DNA of 64,000 nucleotides from Escherichia coli O157:H7 (GTDB lineage Bacteria; Pseudomonadota; Gammaproteobacteria; Enterobacterales; Enterobacteriaceae): NCBI RefSeq assembly GCF_013167455.1, contig NZ_CP038328.1; one strand, 5' to 3'. Shown piece by piece: positions 25,866 to 37,976 of this stretch (position 1 is its first letter; each line of letters starts with the position of its first letter). The notes under the pieces were generated by a model. It saw only the letters and a program-made list of their open reading frames with translations, ran no database searches and was not told where the DNA came from. The position numbers and the translations under genes were made by a program.

Positions 25866-25953
25866 GCCGGATGCGGCGTGAACGCCTTATCCGCCCTACG
25901 CGGTTCTGGCACATTTTGTAGGCCTGATAAGACGCGGCAAGCGTCGCATCAGG
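25866..25953. repeat. REP/BIME extragenic palindromic repeats
   Basis: gccggatgcggcgtgaacgccttatccg ... taggcctgataagacgcg...gcgtcgcatcaggca. Confidence 0.8.
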
Positions 25954-25979
25954 CATGATGCGCCAATTGCCTGGGTTTT

Positions 25980-26888
25980 TTACTCTTGTGGCCATAACCA
26001 CGCAGCGCCGCGTACGCCGCTGGAATCACCGTGCTTCGCCTTACGCACCGGCGTTTCACATTCGCCGCCGAAGACAAATTGTTTAATCAACTGCGGAACC
26101 GTTTGATATAAACGGTCTACATTGCTCATCCCGCCCCCCAGGACAATCACATCCGGATCGAGAATATTCACGACATGTGCCAGCGATTTTGCCAGCCGCA
26201 GCTCGTAGCGACGCAATGCCAGTTCCGCTACCGGATCGCTTTCTTCAACCAGGCGGATAATTTCACTGCCTTTCAGCGCATGTCCGCTCAAACGACGATA
26301 ATCCGTCGCGAATCCCGTGCCCGAAATAAAGGTTTCAATACAACCTTGTTTACCGCAATAACAAGGGACTTCCTCGCGATAACGCAGTTCGTCTTCGTCC
26401 ATCCACGGTAGCGGATTGTGTCCCCACTCACCTGCCGTGCCATTGCCGCCGATATGCGCCCGCCCATTGAATGCCACGCCCGCGCCGCATCCCGTGCCGA
26501 TAATCACGGCAAATACCGTCTGCGCTCCCGCTGCCGCGCCATCTACTGCTTCTGAAACCGCCAGACAGTTGGCGTCATTTGCCAGCCGCACTTCCCGCTG
26601 CAACCTCGCGCTTAAGTCTTTATCGAATGGCTGACCGTTGAGCCAGGTTGAATTGGCATTCTTCACCACACCGGTGTAAGGCGAAATTGAGCCAGGAATG
26701 CCCATACCTACCGTTCCGCGCTGCCCCGTCGCCTGCTCCGCCATATCAACCAACGTGGCGATCGTTTCAATAGTCTGCCGGTAATCATCACGCGGCGTGG
26801 GCAGACGATGGCGGTACAACTGCTCCCCTGCATCGCCCAGTGCAATCACTTCAGTTTTGGTGCCGCCTAAATCGATACCTATACGCAC
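25980..26888 (-). CDS. mak: fructokinase/mannokinase (ROK family)
   Basis: GTG start giving (M)[13 protein letters not shown]... with SD AAGGAGAG upstream; 302 aa. Confidence 0.9.
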   Translation of the reverse strand: MRIGIDLGGTKTEVIALGDAGEQLYRHRLPTPRDDYRQTIETIATLVDMAEQATGQRGTVGMGIPGSISPYTGVVKNANSTWLNGQPFDKDLSARLQREVRLANDANCLAVSEAVDGAAAGAQTVFAVIIGTGCGAGVAFNGRAHIGGNGTAGEWGHNPLPWMDEDELRYREEVPCYCGKQGCIETFISGTGFATDYRRLSGHALKGSEIIRLVEESDPVAELALRRYELRLAKSLAHVVNILDPDVIVLGGGMSNVDRLYQTVPQLIKQFVFGGECETPVRKAKHGDSSGVRGAAWLWPQE

Positions 26889-27012
26889 GGTACTCTCCTT
26901 ATTTTTTTCAATATCAATAGCGTAGAGACGGACAACCGGATTGGCAATGCAAGGCCGCCGACAATTCGTTATCATGCCCGCTAAATTTAACGACAAGGCC
27001 GTGGAAATTATC

Positions 27013-27924
27013 ATGCTGTGGTTCAAAAATTTAATGGTTTACCGTCTTAGCCGCGAGATTTCGCTGCGTGCAGAAGAGATGGAAAAACAGCTAGCCTCGA
27101 TGGCATTTACCCCATGCGGCAGCCAGGACATGGCGAAGATGGGCTGGGTTCCTCCGATGGGATCGCACAGCGATGCGTTAACGCACGTTGCCAATGGTCA
27201 AATTGTTATCTGCGCGCGCAAAGAAGAAAAAATCCTACCGTCTCCGGTGATTAAACAGGCGCTGGAAGCGAAAATCGCCAAACTGGAAGCGGAACAGGCG
27301 CGTAAGCTGAAGAAAACCGAAAAAGATTCGCTGAAAGACGAAGTGCTGCACTCTCTGTTGCCGCGTGCTTTCAGCCGTTTTAGCCAGACAATGATGTGGA
27401 TCGACACGGTTAACGGTTTGATTATGGTGGACTGCGCCAGTGCCAAAAAAGCGGAAGATACGCTGGCACTGCTGCGTAAAAGCCTGGGGTCGTTACCGGT
27501 TGTACCATTGAGCATGGCAAACCCGATTGAACTGACGCTGACCGAATGGGTACGTTCCGGTAGTGCGGCACAGGGCTTCCAGCTGCTTGATGAAGCCGAG
27601 CTGAAATCGTTGCTGGAAGATGGCGGAGTGATCCGCGCGAAGAAACAAGATCTGACCAGCGAAGAGATCACCAATCACATTGAAGCCGGAAAAGTGGTGA
27701 CTAAACTGGCGCTCGACTGGCAGCAGCGCATTCAGTTTGTGATGTGCGACGATGGTTCGCTCAAGCGTCTGAAGTTCTGCGACGAGCTGCGCGATCAAAA
27801 CGAAGATATCGACCGTGAAGATTTCGCCCAGCGTTTTGATGCCGATTTCATCCTGATGACTGGTGAACTGGCAGCGTTAATTCAAAACCTGATTGAAGGA
27901 TTAGGTGGCGAAGCACAACGTTAA
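27013..27924 (+). CDS. rdgC: recombination-associated protein RdgC
   Basis: 303 aa from [28 protein letters not shown]... Confidence 0.95.
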   Translation: MLWFKNLMVYRLSREISLRAEEMEKQLASMAFTPCGSQDMAKMGWVPPMGSHSDALTHVANGQIVICARKEEKILPSPVIKQALEAKIAKLEAEQARKLKKTEKDSLKDEVLHSLLPRAFSRFSQTMMWIDTVNGLIMVDCASAKKAEDTLALLRKSLGSLPVVPLSMANPIELTLTEWVRSGSAAQGFQLLDEAELKSLLEDGGVIRAKKQDLTSEEITNHIEAGKVVTKLALDWQQRIQFVMCDDGSLKRLKFCDELRDQNEDIDREDFAQRFDADFILMTGELAALIQNLIEGLGGEAQR

Positions 27925-27942
27925 TTGCTGATTTTCCTTTAA

Positions 27943-27976
27943 TGCCGGATGCGACGCCTGCCGCGTCTTATCCGGC
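27943..27976. repeat. REP element
   Basis: gccggatgcgacgcctgccgcgtcttatccggc. Confidence 0.75.
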
Positions 27977-28008
27977 GTACGAAGCCACACCAGGCATATA
28001 ATTATTCG

Positions 28009-28458
28009 CTACGGCGGGCAATAATTTTTTAGCGCAGCAATATTATGCGTTTTACGCCGTAACTGATCTAATCGCCTCATCCCTATTCGCCTGTCAGCAG
28101 CACGCAGAATATTCACTAACCCCCATTTATCGCTGGTAAATTGTTTTGTTAACAACTCCGCTTTTGGGGTGTCAATATATTCACGCAATAAATCAGAAAT
28201 TGAACAAATATCCGTCAGGTAAGGATACCAGCAAGTTTCACCGTGAAAATTACGCACTCCACCGTTGCCTGCAATAAAGTCTTTCGGGTAATCCCAGATC
28301 ACGTTTTTATCCAACGTGATCCAATAACGCGGTAAATCGGTGCTTCCACCATTTTGGCTGCGCATGGGATAACGGGTACAGTGAATTTGCAGGTTGATCG
28401 TTGGCGTCAGTAAGTCATAGATCTCCCGCTGTAACTTGCTCCAGGGGCGTTGTGTCAT
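28009..28458 (-). CDS. hypothetical protein, 149 aa, translationally coupled to the upstream 762-aa gene
   Basis: ATG overlaps the upstream gene's TGA (ATGA at 28455-28458); no signal peptide; Trp/Tyr-rich; no recognisable motif. Confidence 0.6.
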   Translation of the reverse strand: MTQRPWSKLQREIYDLLTPTINLQIHCTRYPMRSQNGGSTDLPRYWITLDKNVIWDYPKDFIAGNGGVRNFHGETCWYPYLTDICSISDLLREYIDTPKAELLTKQFTSDKWGLVNILRAADRRIGMRRLDQLRRKTHNIAALKNYCPP

Positions 28459-30743
28459 TGTTTTTCCTCAAGCCGGTGACGCGCTTCATTGCGAATTTTC
28501 CGCGTTGCCCCGGTTTTCACTAAATCCCGTAACTGCGAAAGATCGGGTTTATCGACAAATAAAAGTAATGATGGATCCTCTTTTAGCCACACCGTTTTCA
28601 CATCGGCAGCCAGCTGTGGATTATTAATAGCCAGCGACCGATCCTGAGACTCAGTCAATGTCGTTAACAACGACGCCGGGGTATGTGCGTTGCGTAATGC
28701 CGTTTGGCGCAAATGATCATTGCGACTTTGCAGCAATGCACGCCACCATTCATCATCTGATTTATCTTTTATCGTCGCCAGTTCCGCAAAAATATCGCTA
28801 TCCTCATGGTTCCAGCGGTGTAATCCTCTTTCACTTTGTCTACGGGTGCTATTTTTCATACTGACAACAGCCAGCGCCCAGTCAGAGTTGAAGCGATACT
28901 GTTGATCGAGTTTGTTGATAATTCCGGAAGGTAATTCTTTATTATCAAATAATTGGTTACGCATTCGATAGCGGTATTCAGCGGGTAAATCAACCAGTAA
29001 ATCAATGGCATTATTTAACATCTCTTCGTCAACAACACCATTATCAATCAGCGCCAGCTGTACTTCGTAGGCTTGCTCTTGATCTTCTTGCCGTTTGCTC
29101 ATCATTAAATTTAATGTGCGTTGCCATAACTGTTTCTTATATTCCAGCGGCAATAATTTATCGCGTGCCAGCTCATCCCAGACGGTGGGAACATCATGCT
29201 GAGTCAATAGATAACTAATCACGTCCTTCGATGTCAGATAACGCGCACCTTCGCGCAAATTGTGCACATCTTCTTTTGCCAGAGACAGTTGACGCATCTC
29301 CGGCAACGCTATCAATAACACCTTTACGATATTTTTATTTTCTTTATTATCCAGATACATTTGTTCTGCGATACGTTCAATATCCTCTGTACGCAGGGTT
29401 GCTGACAGTTGGGTAATTTTTAATTCAGTAAGCGTCCGGGCTAATGCTTCACGAACTTTCAGTGATTTATCTTTACTCAACATCACTGCTTGTTGTGCGG
29501 TTAAATCTGCTCCGGTAATTCTTTCACGTAACTCCGGGTCTTCGTTATTTATCAACTCATCGGCCACTGCAGTCGGAACCAGCCAGGCGTAATCGTAATG
29601 GCTGAGTAATGTCTTGCGTACACTGAGAAAGGGGCTATGACTTAACGACGCAACAATATCTGGAGAAAGATTATCCTGTCTGGCCTGCTCCAGCTGTACG
29701 CTCTCGACGGGTACAGACATTAATTTTTTATTCACATCGGCGGAAATATTACTGTTTTTAACCAGCCCTCTGGCAACAGCCTCATCTTTAATTAATTCAT
29801 CGGTAAGCCAATGCATCTGTTGAGCGGGCCAGGACTGCGCCATCGATTCACGCGTCTGGTCATCGGGGTGCTGTAACAGTTGCAGCATAACGGCGGGTGA
29901 TAAACTCTCTGTATGAGTCAGAAAACGTGCCACCAGTGGATCTTGATGCTTTATTTTATTCGCTGGGAAATTATCGAGTTTCCCCGTTTCAATCCATTTT
30001 AATTTCTCATTAATTTCAGGAGCGGCTTTATCTCGAAAAAGCGGTAAACCCTGAACGATGTTGTCTGCGACGCTATCATAGTCAGGATACGCATTGGAAA
30101 TGTTATCGGTTTCGATTTCAGTGTGATCATAAAGATCGGCAGTCACCAGTGAATAGGCTTTTTGAATATTCTCATCCCAGTTATATCCTTCACCACTTCC
30201 ATCTTCATTGATATAAAATTCAGCTTTAATGACTTCAAATTGCGTTGCTTTATCGGAAACAATAATGCCTCGCGCACTAATTCCCTTCATCACTTCAAAG
30301 TTATGATCATTGTAATCAGCATAAACTAAACCTTTCGCTGTCATCTGTCCTTTGACATACGCGAAATCATGATTAATAAAGTTATCGACAATAACATTAC
30401 CTAATACAATCAGATGACCATTACCTGACAGATAATCATCATAATCGCCGGAAATCGTTAAATTACCGTTCACCACCAGTTTATTTTTATTGCTGAAGTT
30501 AGCGGGTAATGATAGGTCACCATTATGATAATACCAGCGGATATTATCTTTTAGCATATAAGCAGCTTCCATACTATCGTCGGTTGCCGCTTTAACCACG
30601 TTGCGCTCATCTGCCGTCATAAGATGAAAGTCAGAGGTGATAAGGTCCTCGCTACTGATCCACTCTGTGGCACATGCATTGCCAGTCATAAAAAATAAGA
30701 CCATACAGATGACCAATATATTAATTCTATTCATAATCTTCAA
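28455..30743 (-). CDS. hypothetical secreted/periplasmic repeat protein, 762 aa
   Basis: N-terminal signal peptide [25 protein letters not shown]; beta-rich N-terminal segment ([31 protein letters not shown]) followed by many degenerate alpha-helical repeats resembling HEAT/leucine-rich-variant repeats; AT-rich. Confidence 0.65.
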   Translation of the reverse strand: MKIMNRINILVICMVLFFMTGNACATEWISSEDLITSDFHLMTADERNVVKAATDDSMEAAYMLKDNIRWYYHNGDLSLPANFSNKNKLVVNGNLTISGDYDDYLSGNGHLIVLGNVIVDNFINHDFAYVKGQMTAKGLVYADYNDHNFEVMKGISARGIIVSDKATQFEVIKAEFYINEDGSGEGYNWDENIQKAYSLVTADLYDHTEIETDNISNAYPDYDSVADNIVQGLPLFRDKAAPEINEKLKWIETGKLDNFPANKIKHQDPLVARFLTHTESLSPAVMLQLLQHPDDQTRESMAQSWPAQQMHWLTDELIKDEAVARGLVKNSNISADVNKKLMSVPVESVQLEQARQDNLSPDIVASLSHSPFLSVRKTLLSHYDYAWLVPTAVADELINNEDPELRERITGADLTAQQAVMLSKDKSLKVREALARTLTELKITQLSATLRTEDIERIAEQMYLDNKENKNIVKVLLIALPEMRQLSLAKEDVHNLREGARYLTSKDVISYLLTQHDVPTVWDELARDKLLPLEYKKQLWQRTLNLMMSKRQEDQEQAYEVQLALIDNGVVDEEMLNNAIDLLVDLPAEYRYRMRNQLFDNKELPSGIINKLDQQYRFNSDWALAVVSMKNSTRRQSERGLHRWNHEDSDIFAELATIKDKSDDEWWRALLQSRNDHLRQTALRNAHTPASLLTTLTESQDRSLAINNPQLAADVKTVWLKEDPSLLLFVDKPDLSQLRDLVKTGATRKIRNEARHRLEEKQ

Positions 30744-30877
30744 TGATATTTATATCAACCTTGATGAATTATGAATATATCGGAAATTGAAAAAATCGCA
30801 GCAAAGGAAATATTATTATGGGGTTATGAGAGGACATTTCAGAAAAATGCCCTCCCGTTCAAGCGGAAGGCGAGGAA

Positions 30878-31162
30878 TTACAGATAGCGGCACAGATAAG
30901 AGGTGGGTTCGGCAACTTGCAGATGAAACTCACTGTGACCGGGAACATTAAACACCGAACCGGCTTCATACACTTGCCAGTCGGTCGCGTCAGGCAGTAA
31001 CACATTCAGCGCGCCACTGATTACCGTCATCTCTTCCGGCTCAGCGGTGCTGAAGGTGTATTCGCCTTCAACCATAACACCCACGCTGGCGCGACCAGTG
31101 CTGCTGCTGGAAAAGCCGATCGATTTCACTTTGCCGGAAAAGTACTCATTACTTTGAAGCAT
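30878..31162 (-). CDS. ppnP: pyrimidine/purine nucleoside phosphorylase
   Basis: 94 aa [29 protein letters not shown]... Confidence 0.9.
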
Positions 31163-31233
31163 AAACTGGCCCTGTCTGGTAGTTGAATATCTACTTCACT
31201 ATAGGGGCCAGATGCGCTGGCTGTCACGCAAAA

Positions 31234-31911
31234 TTACACCAGTAATTCCGCAGCCAGCCGTGCAATCAATACGTTAGAGAGCAAGACAGGAACATCGAGC
31301 TGTTTTTGCAGTAAATCGCGATGACGCTGGTTAAATCCCAAACAATCCAGCATGATGACATCTGCGCCTTTCGCCAGTAATTCTTTCCCGGCATCAATGA
31401 TTTTTTGTTCTGAATCATGAATGGGGTTACCCAATGAAAATACAGGCGGTTTCTGCAAAATTTGCCATTTTTGCGCCTGAACGGTCAGCAACTCCTCAAC
31501 CGGTACGATAACCCCCACCTGATGATCTTCAACAATAGAGGAAACCAGCGGTGGCAATATCCGCGACGGCTCAAGAAAGATCGTATTACGCGCAGTCATA
31601 CTACTAATGTTTGCCGTACTCATTAATATAATGACGTCGTAGCCCTGATTATCGAGCACTTCAACCACACCTTGCAGGTCACGCTCTACTTTGCGACGCG
31701 AAACATGGGCCAGATGGTTGTCATTTAATAATGTGAGAATTGTGTCTTCGCCTGCTTCTGGCGCGTACTCCGCCATCACTTCTTCGCGGCTTAACTTCCC
31801 CAGCAGGCTATGATGGGAAATATTATCTTCGTCAATGTATTCTGTCAGGAGCGGCAAAACTTCCTGCATAGGTACAATGCCGATGGTTAGAATCGCCAAC
31901 GACGCACTCAT
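31234..31911 (-). CDS. aroM: AroM family protein
   Basis: 225 aa [22 protein letters not shown]...; synteny aroL-yaiA-aroM. Confidence 0.9.
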   Translation of the reverse strand: MSASLAILTIGIVPMQEVLPLLTEYIDEDNISHHSLLGKLSREEVMAEYAPEAGEDTILTLLNDNHLAHVSRRKVERDLQGVVEVLDNQGYDVIILMSTANISSMTARNTIFLEPSRILPPLVSSIVEDHQVGVIVPVEELLTVQAQKWQILQKPPVFSLGNPIHDSEQKIIDAGKELLAKGADVIMLDCLGFNQRHRDLLQKQLDVPVLLSNVLIARLAAELLV

Positions 31912-32168
31912 TGTTCTTCCACCTTACTTTTATTTCGTCGTTAATTACCGGGCAAGTGTTAAGCACCACTGCTGACACTTACTTGTGCTACAAATGACAA
32001 AAAGCGTAGCAGCAGACGTGCACGGCATAATGTAAAGATTCCAAATGATTCCAGTAATGGATTGTTATTGTTTAATATTCTAATTATTTGAAAAACATGA
32101 ATTATGAAAAATGTGACGCAGATCCCTTGTAGTGGCACTCAGAATCCCTTCCGAGCAGTCTGATGCGG

Positions 32169-32369
<201 letters not shown>

Positions 32370-32409
32370 TTATTTCACGGGATGAACGTTAAGTATAGGC
32401 GCTCGAAAA

Positions 32410-32934
32410 TCAACAATTGATCGTCTGCGCCAGGGCGCTGCGAATTTCAGAAATCACCTGGCTGGGTTCGTTTGTTGCGTCGATGATAATATGCGCAACT
32501 TCGCGATATAGCGCATCGCGTTCTTCCAGCACTTCCTGAACTTCTTCGCTCAGCGGTTTTCCCGTTAAGGTTGGCCGTAAATCTTCTTCCGGTGCAGCTT
32601 GCAGTCGGTTAACCAGGACTGATACTGGCGCACACAAATAAACCACGATCCCGTTATTTTGCATGAAGTGACGATTAAATTCCGTCAGAATAATGCCGCC
32701 GCCTGTAGCGATAACGGTGGATGGCGCAGTTACCGCTTCCAGCGCCGCCGTTTCTCTGGCGCGAAATCCCGCCCACTCTTCCCTTTCGACGATCTCCGCG
32801 ACCGTCATATTGAGCTGTGATTGCAACCACTGATCGGTATCGACAAACCGACGGTTAAGCGAATCGGCAAGGGCCATTCCGACCGTTGTTTTACCACAGC
32901 CCCGAGGCCCGATCAGAAAAAGAGGTTGTGTCAT
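32410..32934 (-). CDS. aroL: shikimate kinase 2
   Basis: 174 aa [26 protein letters not shown]...; Walker A. Confidence 0.95.
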
Positions 32935-32999
32935 CGTGGGTTTTCCCCAATAGGTCGCAATGCGGCGAAAGCCGGTGTCATGAGAATAGCGATCATACC

Positions 33000-33116
33000 A
33001 TCAAACTAGTACAATTTCGATTGTAAAGAAAAAATTCCACTTAAAGTGAAAATCTCAATACATCCCTTACTATACCAATAAATATTCAAGAATGAAGTGT
33101 AAATAATAAATTACAT
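33000..33116 (-). promoter_or_regulatory. aroL promoter/operator region with a TyrR box and a TrpR half-site
   Basis: TGTAAATAATAAATTACA at 33098-33115 fits the TyrR box TGTAAA-N6-TTTACA; AACTAGTAC at 33004-33012 fits a TrpR operator half-site; aroL is a known TyrR/TrpR target. Confidence 0.6.
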
Positions 33117-33575
33117 TTAGCCACGACTACGTTGCACTTCCAGCCACCACTTCTCCAGCTCCGCGGCAAAGGCCTGGCGGTCACGTTGTGAAAGGCTATC
33201 TGGTCCGCCGGTCTGGATCCCACTGGCACGTAAGGTATCCATAAAATCGCGCATCGTCAGGCGCTCACGAATGGTCGCTGGCGTGTAACGTTCACCGCGC
33301 GGATTAAGCGCCGCAGCGCCTTTCTCGATGGCTTCAGCAGCCAAAGGTATATCTGCGGTGATCACCAAATCTCCCGCTTCACACTGCCGGACAATTTCGT
33401 TATCGGCAACGTCGAAACCTGCCGCGACGCGCAGCGTACGAATAAATCGCGATGGCGGCACGCGTAAACTCTGGTTTGCTACCAGTACCAGCGGCATCTG
33501 CATACGTTCCGCCGCGCGATACAAAATCTCTTTAATTACATTGGGACACGCGTCGGCATCCACCCAAATTGTCAT
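33117..33575 (-). CDS. yaiI: UPF0178 family protein YaiI
   Basis: 152 aa from [26 protein letters not shown]... Confidence 0.85.
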   Translation of the reverse strand: MTIWVDADACPNVIKEILYRAAERMQMPLVLVANQSLRVPPSRFIRTLRVAAGFDVADNEIVRQCEAGDLVITADIPLAAEAIEKGAAALNPRGERYTPATIRERLTMRDFMDTLRASGIQTGGPDSLSQRDRQAFAAELEKWWLEVQRSRG

Positions 33576-33694
33576 AAAGTCATCCTTTGTTGGGTAATCC
33601 TCTATTGTGTCGCGCTTTTGCCTTCCGGCATAGTTCTGTTTATGCTTCTGCCAGCGATTATCAAAACAATGAATTTCACGGCAGGAGTGAGGCA

Positions 33695-34504
33695 ATGGAA
33701 AAGAAAATCGGTTTTATTGGCTGCGGCAATATGGGAAAAGCCATTCTCGGCGGTCTGATTGCCAGCGGTCAGGTGCTTCCAGGGCAAATCTGGGTATATA
33801 CCCCCTCCCCGGATAAAGTCGCCGCCCTGCATGACAAGTTCGGCATCAACGCCGCAGAATCGGCGCAAGAAGTGGCGCAAATCGCCGACATCATTTTTGC
33901 CGCCGTTAAACCTGGCATCATGATTAAAGTGCTTAGCGAAATCACCTCCAGCCTCAATAAAGACTCTCTGGTCGTTTCTATTGCTGCAGGCGTCACGCTC
34001 GACCAGCTTGCCCGCGCGCTGGGCCATGACCGGAAAATTATCCGCGCCATGCCGAACACTCCCGCGCTGGTTAATGCCGGGATGACCTCCGTAACGCCAA
34101 ACGCGCTGGTAACCCCAGAAGATACCGCTGATGTGCTGAATATTTTCCGCTGCTTTGGCGAAGCGGAAGTAATTGCTGAGCCGATGATCCACCCGGTGGT
34201 CGGTGTGAGCGGTTCTTCGCCAGCCTACGTCTTTATGTTTATCGAAGCGATGGCCGACGCCGCCGTGCTGGGCGGGATGCCACGCGCCCAGGCGTATAAA
34301 TTTGCCGCTCAGGCGGTAATGGGTTCCGCAAAAATGGTGCTGGAAACGGGAGAACATCCGGGGGCACTGAAAGATATGGTCTGCTCACCGGGAGGCACCA
34401 CCATTGAAGCGGTACGCGTACTGGAAGAGAAAGGCTTCCGTGCCGCAGTGATCGAAGCGATGACGAAGTGTATGGAAAAATCAGAAAAACTCAGCAAATC
34501 CTGA
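33695..34504 (+). CDS. proC: pyrroline-5-carboxylate reductase
   Basis: 269 aa [21 protein letters not shown]...; Rossmann GxGxxG. Confidence 0.95.
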   Translation: MEKKIGFIGCGNMGKAILGGLIASGQVLPGQIWVYTPSPDKVAALHDKFGINAAESAQEVAQIADIIFAAVKPGIMIKVLSEITSSLNKDSLVVSIAAGVTLDQLARALGHDRKIIRAMPNTPALVNAGMTSVTPNALVTPEDTADVLNIFRCFGEAEVIAEPMIHPVVGVSGSSPAYVFMFIEAMADAAVLGGMPRAQAYKFAAQAVMGSAKMVLETGEHPGALKDMVCSPGGTTIEAVRVLEEKGFRAAVIEAMTKCMEKSEKLSKS

Positions 34505-34520
34505 TGACTTTCGCCGGACG

Positions 34521-35636
34521 TCAGGCCGCCACTTCGGTGCGGTTACGTCCGGCTTTCTTTGCTTTGTAGAGCGCCAAATCTGCCGATTTCAACCACTCGC
34601 GATAGTGACTCATTTGTGGGTTCAGCGGCGCAACCCCCACACTAATCCGTAAATTTACCTGTGGCGTATTCGGCAAACGTAATGTATTTAGCCCTTCATG
34701 CACCCGTAACATGGCGGTAATGGCGCTCTCAGCTGGCGTACCGGACATGATTACCGCAAACTCATCGCCGCCAAACCGACCAATCACATCGCTACCGCGC
34801 AGGGTAATTTGTAACTGTCGGGTAAGCGCCACAATCGCTTCATCGCCCACATCATGGCCCCAGGTATCGTTGATGCTCTTGAAATGGTCGATATCGATAA
34901 TCAGTAACGTTGCATCGCGATTATGCCGCCGACAGTTATCAAATTCATTGCGTAACATAGTTTCCCAATGACGTCGGTTATACACGCCCGTCATGCCGTC
35001 GCGGGTACTCATGACCTGCAACCTGCGTTTATGTTCCGCCAGTTTGGTTGCCGTCTGGTAGCTGACCCAGCCAAACAGCAGAGGATAAATGACAATAATG
35101 GGAAGGGAGAGCCACCATTCCAGCGGCGCACTATTGAACGACACGGTAATGCCCGTCAGCTCGAGGGTGACAAGGCAGGAAACCACCATCAACACCAGAC
35201 CCGCGACAAACAGACGGGGGCCGCCTGCCCCCATCAAATTCAGACACATAATCATCAACATCGCGGTGGAAGGCAGCACGTTTACGCCCATTACGCCTAC
35301 CCACATTCCCGCTAATACTGCATCGGTTTTTAAGTTGTAAATTTCCCGGCTAAGCGGATCGACGGCCCTGCTCGCTATCTGCCAGGCTAAATGCGGCCAG
35401 ACGAACGCCCAGCCGACCAACACCAGCCACCACCAGCCCGGCGGCGGGTGTGAAACCAGCGTTGAAGCAATCGGTAAGAACATGCCAGCCAGGCCAACCG
35501 CACGGGGTAGTCTGACGCGACGGGCGAAGCGCAGCCCGGACCGCTGATGTTCGTTTTGAGGAGTTAAAGGAGGTTCCTCCCCGTGCGCCGCCGCTTTTTT
35601 GAAAAAGTTTTCATCATTCATTATTTTTGGGAACAT
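34521..35636 (-). CDS. dgcC: diguanylate cyclase DgcC (AdrA/YaiC)
   Basis: 371 aa; MASE2-type membrane domain plus GGDEF domain (RFGGDEFAVI). Confidence 0.9.
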   Translation of the reverse strand: MFPKIMNDENFFKKAAAHGEEPPLTPQNEHQRSGLRFARRVRLPRAVGLAGMFLPIASTLVSHPPPGWWWLVLVGWAFVWPHLAWQIASRAVDPLSREIYNLKTDAVLAGMWVGVMGVNVLPSTAMLMIMCLNLMGAGGPRLFVAGLVLMVVSCLVTLELTGITVSFNSAPLEWWLSLPIIVIYPLLFGWVSYQTATKLAEHKRRLQVMSTRDGMTGVYNRRHWETMLRNEFDNCRRHNRDATLLIIDIDHFKSINDTWGHDVGDEAIVALTRQLQITLRGSDVIGRFGGDEFAVIMSGTPAESAITAMLRVHEGLNTLRLPNTPQVNLRISVGVAPLNPQMSHYREWLKSADLALYKAKKAGRNRTEVAA

Positions 35637-35737
35637 TCAGAAACAATTTTCCCAAATTATAGAGACGGGGCTAAAGGCAGAAGTATGAAATTTCGGGTGA
35701 GCCATTTTAGTAGCTCACCCGTTAGCACTATCAGGTA

Positions 35738-36058
35738 TCAGGCGGCTTTCTTGAGGCAGGCGCTCATAAACTTATTACGATCATCACCTTTCAGTGATTG
35801 TTGCGTTGCTTGATTATTACATTCGCGCATCTTTTGCTGCTGTGGCGTCAAACTTTTTTCACCAGGCGCAGACTTGCTGTTCTTCAGGCAATCACTCATG
35901 TAGGTCTTACGAGCATCCCCTTTCAACGCCTGTGCCGTCGCCTGCTGATTACAGGAGGTCATACGCTGTTGTTGTGGGGTTAAGGTTCTCTCGGCAGCGC
36001 CGACGGTGGTTAAAAAAACCAGACCGAAAAGCAAGGTAACCAGTAATGTAATTTTCAT
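35738..36058 (-). CDS. psiF: phosphate starvation-inducible protein PsiF
   Basis: 106 aa from MKITLLVTLLFGLVFLTTVGA...; internal duplication of the TPQQQ(R/K)M..CN motif. Confidence 0.9.
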   Translation of the reverse strand: MKITLLVTLLFGLVFLTTVGAAERTLTPQQQRMTSCNQQATAQALKGDARKTYMSDCLKNSKSAPGEKSLTPQQQKMRECNNQATQQSLKGDDRNKFMSACLKKAA

Positions 36059-36176
36059 AGCACCATCCCTCTTCATGTTTTAACCATGAGCGTATGCGCC
36101 CGTGATCTGACATTAAGTCTGGTTGCTAACAGCAAAAAAACCACCCGGCAGCGAAAATTCACTGCCGGGAGCGGTT

Positions 36177-37615
36177 TTATTTCAGCCCCAGAGCGGCTTT
36201 CATGGTGTAGAAGAGATCGGTCTGGTCGGTCAGTCCAACGACATTGGCGGCATGCGGGCCATACGCCGCAATACGCAACTGACTGCCGGTATGTTCTTGT
36301 GAATCCTCTTCGGAGTTCCCGTAACTCATCACCATCACTGCGCCATCTTTGGTATTTAGCGCCTGAGTGAGGCCCGGAGCTTTGGTATCCGGCGCAACAA
36401 TCTGGCTGGCGTGGGCGTGATCAGCGGTGACTATGACCAGCGTGTTACCATCCTTTTTGGCGAATTCCAGCGCCCGTTGTACGGCTTCATCGAGATCGAC
36501 CGTCTCGCCAATTTGCCCACAAGGATTCGCAGCATGATCCTGTTTATCGATTGACGCACCTTCAACTTGCAGGAAAAAGCCTTTCTCATTTTTACTCAAC
36601 AATTCAATGGCTTTGTCGGTCATCTGTGCCAGGGTCGGTACACTGTCATTACGTTGCGGATTAGGCGTACAGGTGACTGCGGGCTTATCGATATTACCGT
36701 GGTACGTTGCTTTCGGTCCTAGCCAGCGCACTGGCATATTGCCGTCAGCAAACAGGCCAAGCAGGGGTTTTTGCTGATTCGCTTCCGTCACCGAATTCAG
36801 TGAGGCAGCATCGCTCACCAACTGATAACCACGCGCCTGTGCCTGTTCACGCAGCGTTTTTCCCTGCCATTCACCAGCGGTTGCCGTTTCAGCAAAGGTT
36901 TTTGCGCCGCCGCCAAGCGTAACGTCGGCACGAGCGTTAAGCAGCTGTTCGGTAATCGATCCTTTTCCGCCTTTTTCCAGAGCGTTACCCGGACATTTTT
37001 CACTGGTCGCGCTCGGACCGTAGCATTTGCGCGAGGTCACATGCGCCACCAGCGCGGCGGGCGTGGCATCCTGCAACTCTGCGGTAGAAACGTTACCGGT
37101 CGCCAGACCTGCGGCTTTTGCCATTTCCAGAATCGTTGGGTGATCTTTTTCGTGAATATCGACGCCCAGCGCGCCGTTATAGGTTTTGACACCGGTTGAC
37201 CAGGCGGTTGCTGATGCAGCCGAGTCGGTGACGTAGTCCGGTTTTCCGGTTTTTTTATTCAGCGCATAGTGAGTGTATTGCCCGGTAAGCGGTAAGGCAT
37301 CGATACCTTTAAAAAAGCCGCCCGCACCTTCGGCATAATTACGTGCGGCAGTAATTTCCGAATCCCCCATCCCATCGCCAATCAGCAAAATAATATTTTT
37401 TGCAGGTTTATCGCTAAGAGAATCACGCAGAGCGGCGGTCTGATCAGCCGTTAAGCGGCGGTCTGATCAGCCGTTAAGCGGCGAGCACCGCCGGGTGCAG
37501 TAATATCGCCCTGAGCAGCCCGGTTTTCCAGAACAGGCATTTCTGGTGTCCGGGCTTTTGTCACAGGGGTAAACAGTAACGGTAAGAGTGCCAGTGCAAT
37601 AGTGCTTTGTTTCAC
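36177..37615 (-). pseudogene. phoA: alkaline phosphatase gene disrupted by a 23-bp tandem duplication (frameshift)
   Basis: N-terminal frame (GTG at 37613-37615) reads [54 protein letters not shown] then stops; the rest of PhoA (...[23 protein letters not shown]... to ...KAALGLK) continues in another frame (36177-37388). Confidence 0.85.
37432..37477. repeat. perfect 23-bp tandem duplication (2 copies) inside phoA
   Basis: gcggcggtctgatcagccgttaa repeated head-to-tail at 37432-37454 and 37455-37477; unit length is not a multiple of 3. Confidence 0.9.
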
Positions 37616-37676
37616 TTTATTTTCTCCATGTACAAATACATTAAAAAATAAAAACAAAGCGACTATAAGTCTCGGC

Positions 37677-37694
37677 CGTGACAACTTTATGACA
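37677..37694 (-). promoter_or_regulatory. Pho box of the phoA promoter
   Basis: Minus strand reads CTGTCATAAAGTTGTCAC upstream of the phoA GTG start. Confidence 0.8.
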
Positions 37695-37715
37695 GCTGTT
37701 GAAAAGATTAACTTT

Positions 37716-37976
37716 TTACTGACGAGGATGCTTCAATAACTTCTTTACGTAATCGCGCAGCAGCTCCGTATCGTCGTCAGGAATGCTGGCATCGGGCTTT
37801 ACCTCGTACAGCGCCCCCTCTACCTGATCAATCAACCGCTGTTGGTCATTTTGCGCCATATTGCGAAGCATTGCAGTGACGATAATCTCCAAAGCTTCTA
37901 CCTGCGCACACAGTTCTTTCGACTCTTCTTCTTTTTGGGCAAGCTTAAATAACAACTCAGCAATGAGATTTTTCAT
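37716..37976 (-). CDS. iraP: anti-adaptor protein IraP (RpoS stabiliser)
   Basis: 86 aa [40 protein letters not shown]... Confidence 0.9.

Noticed and set aside
33602-34357. 251-aa minus-strand ORF overlapping proC
   Set aside because: Antisense to proC; arginine/histidine-rich composition typical of a non-coding frame.
37432-37477. Possible CRISPR-like repeat
   Set aside because: Only two identical 23-bp units directly abutting, with no spacers, and located inside phoA coding sequence; it is a tandem duplication, not a CRISPR array. No CRISPR arrays were seen anywhere in the window.
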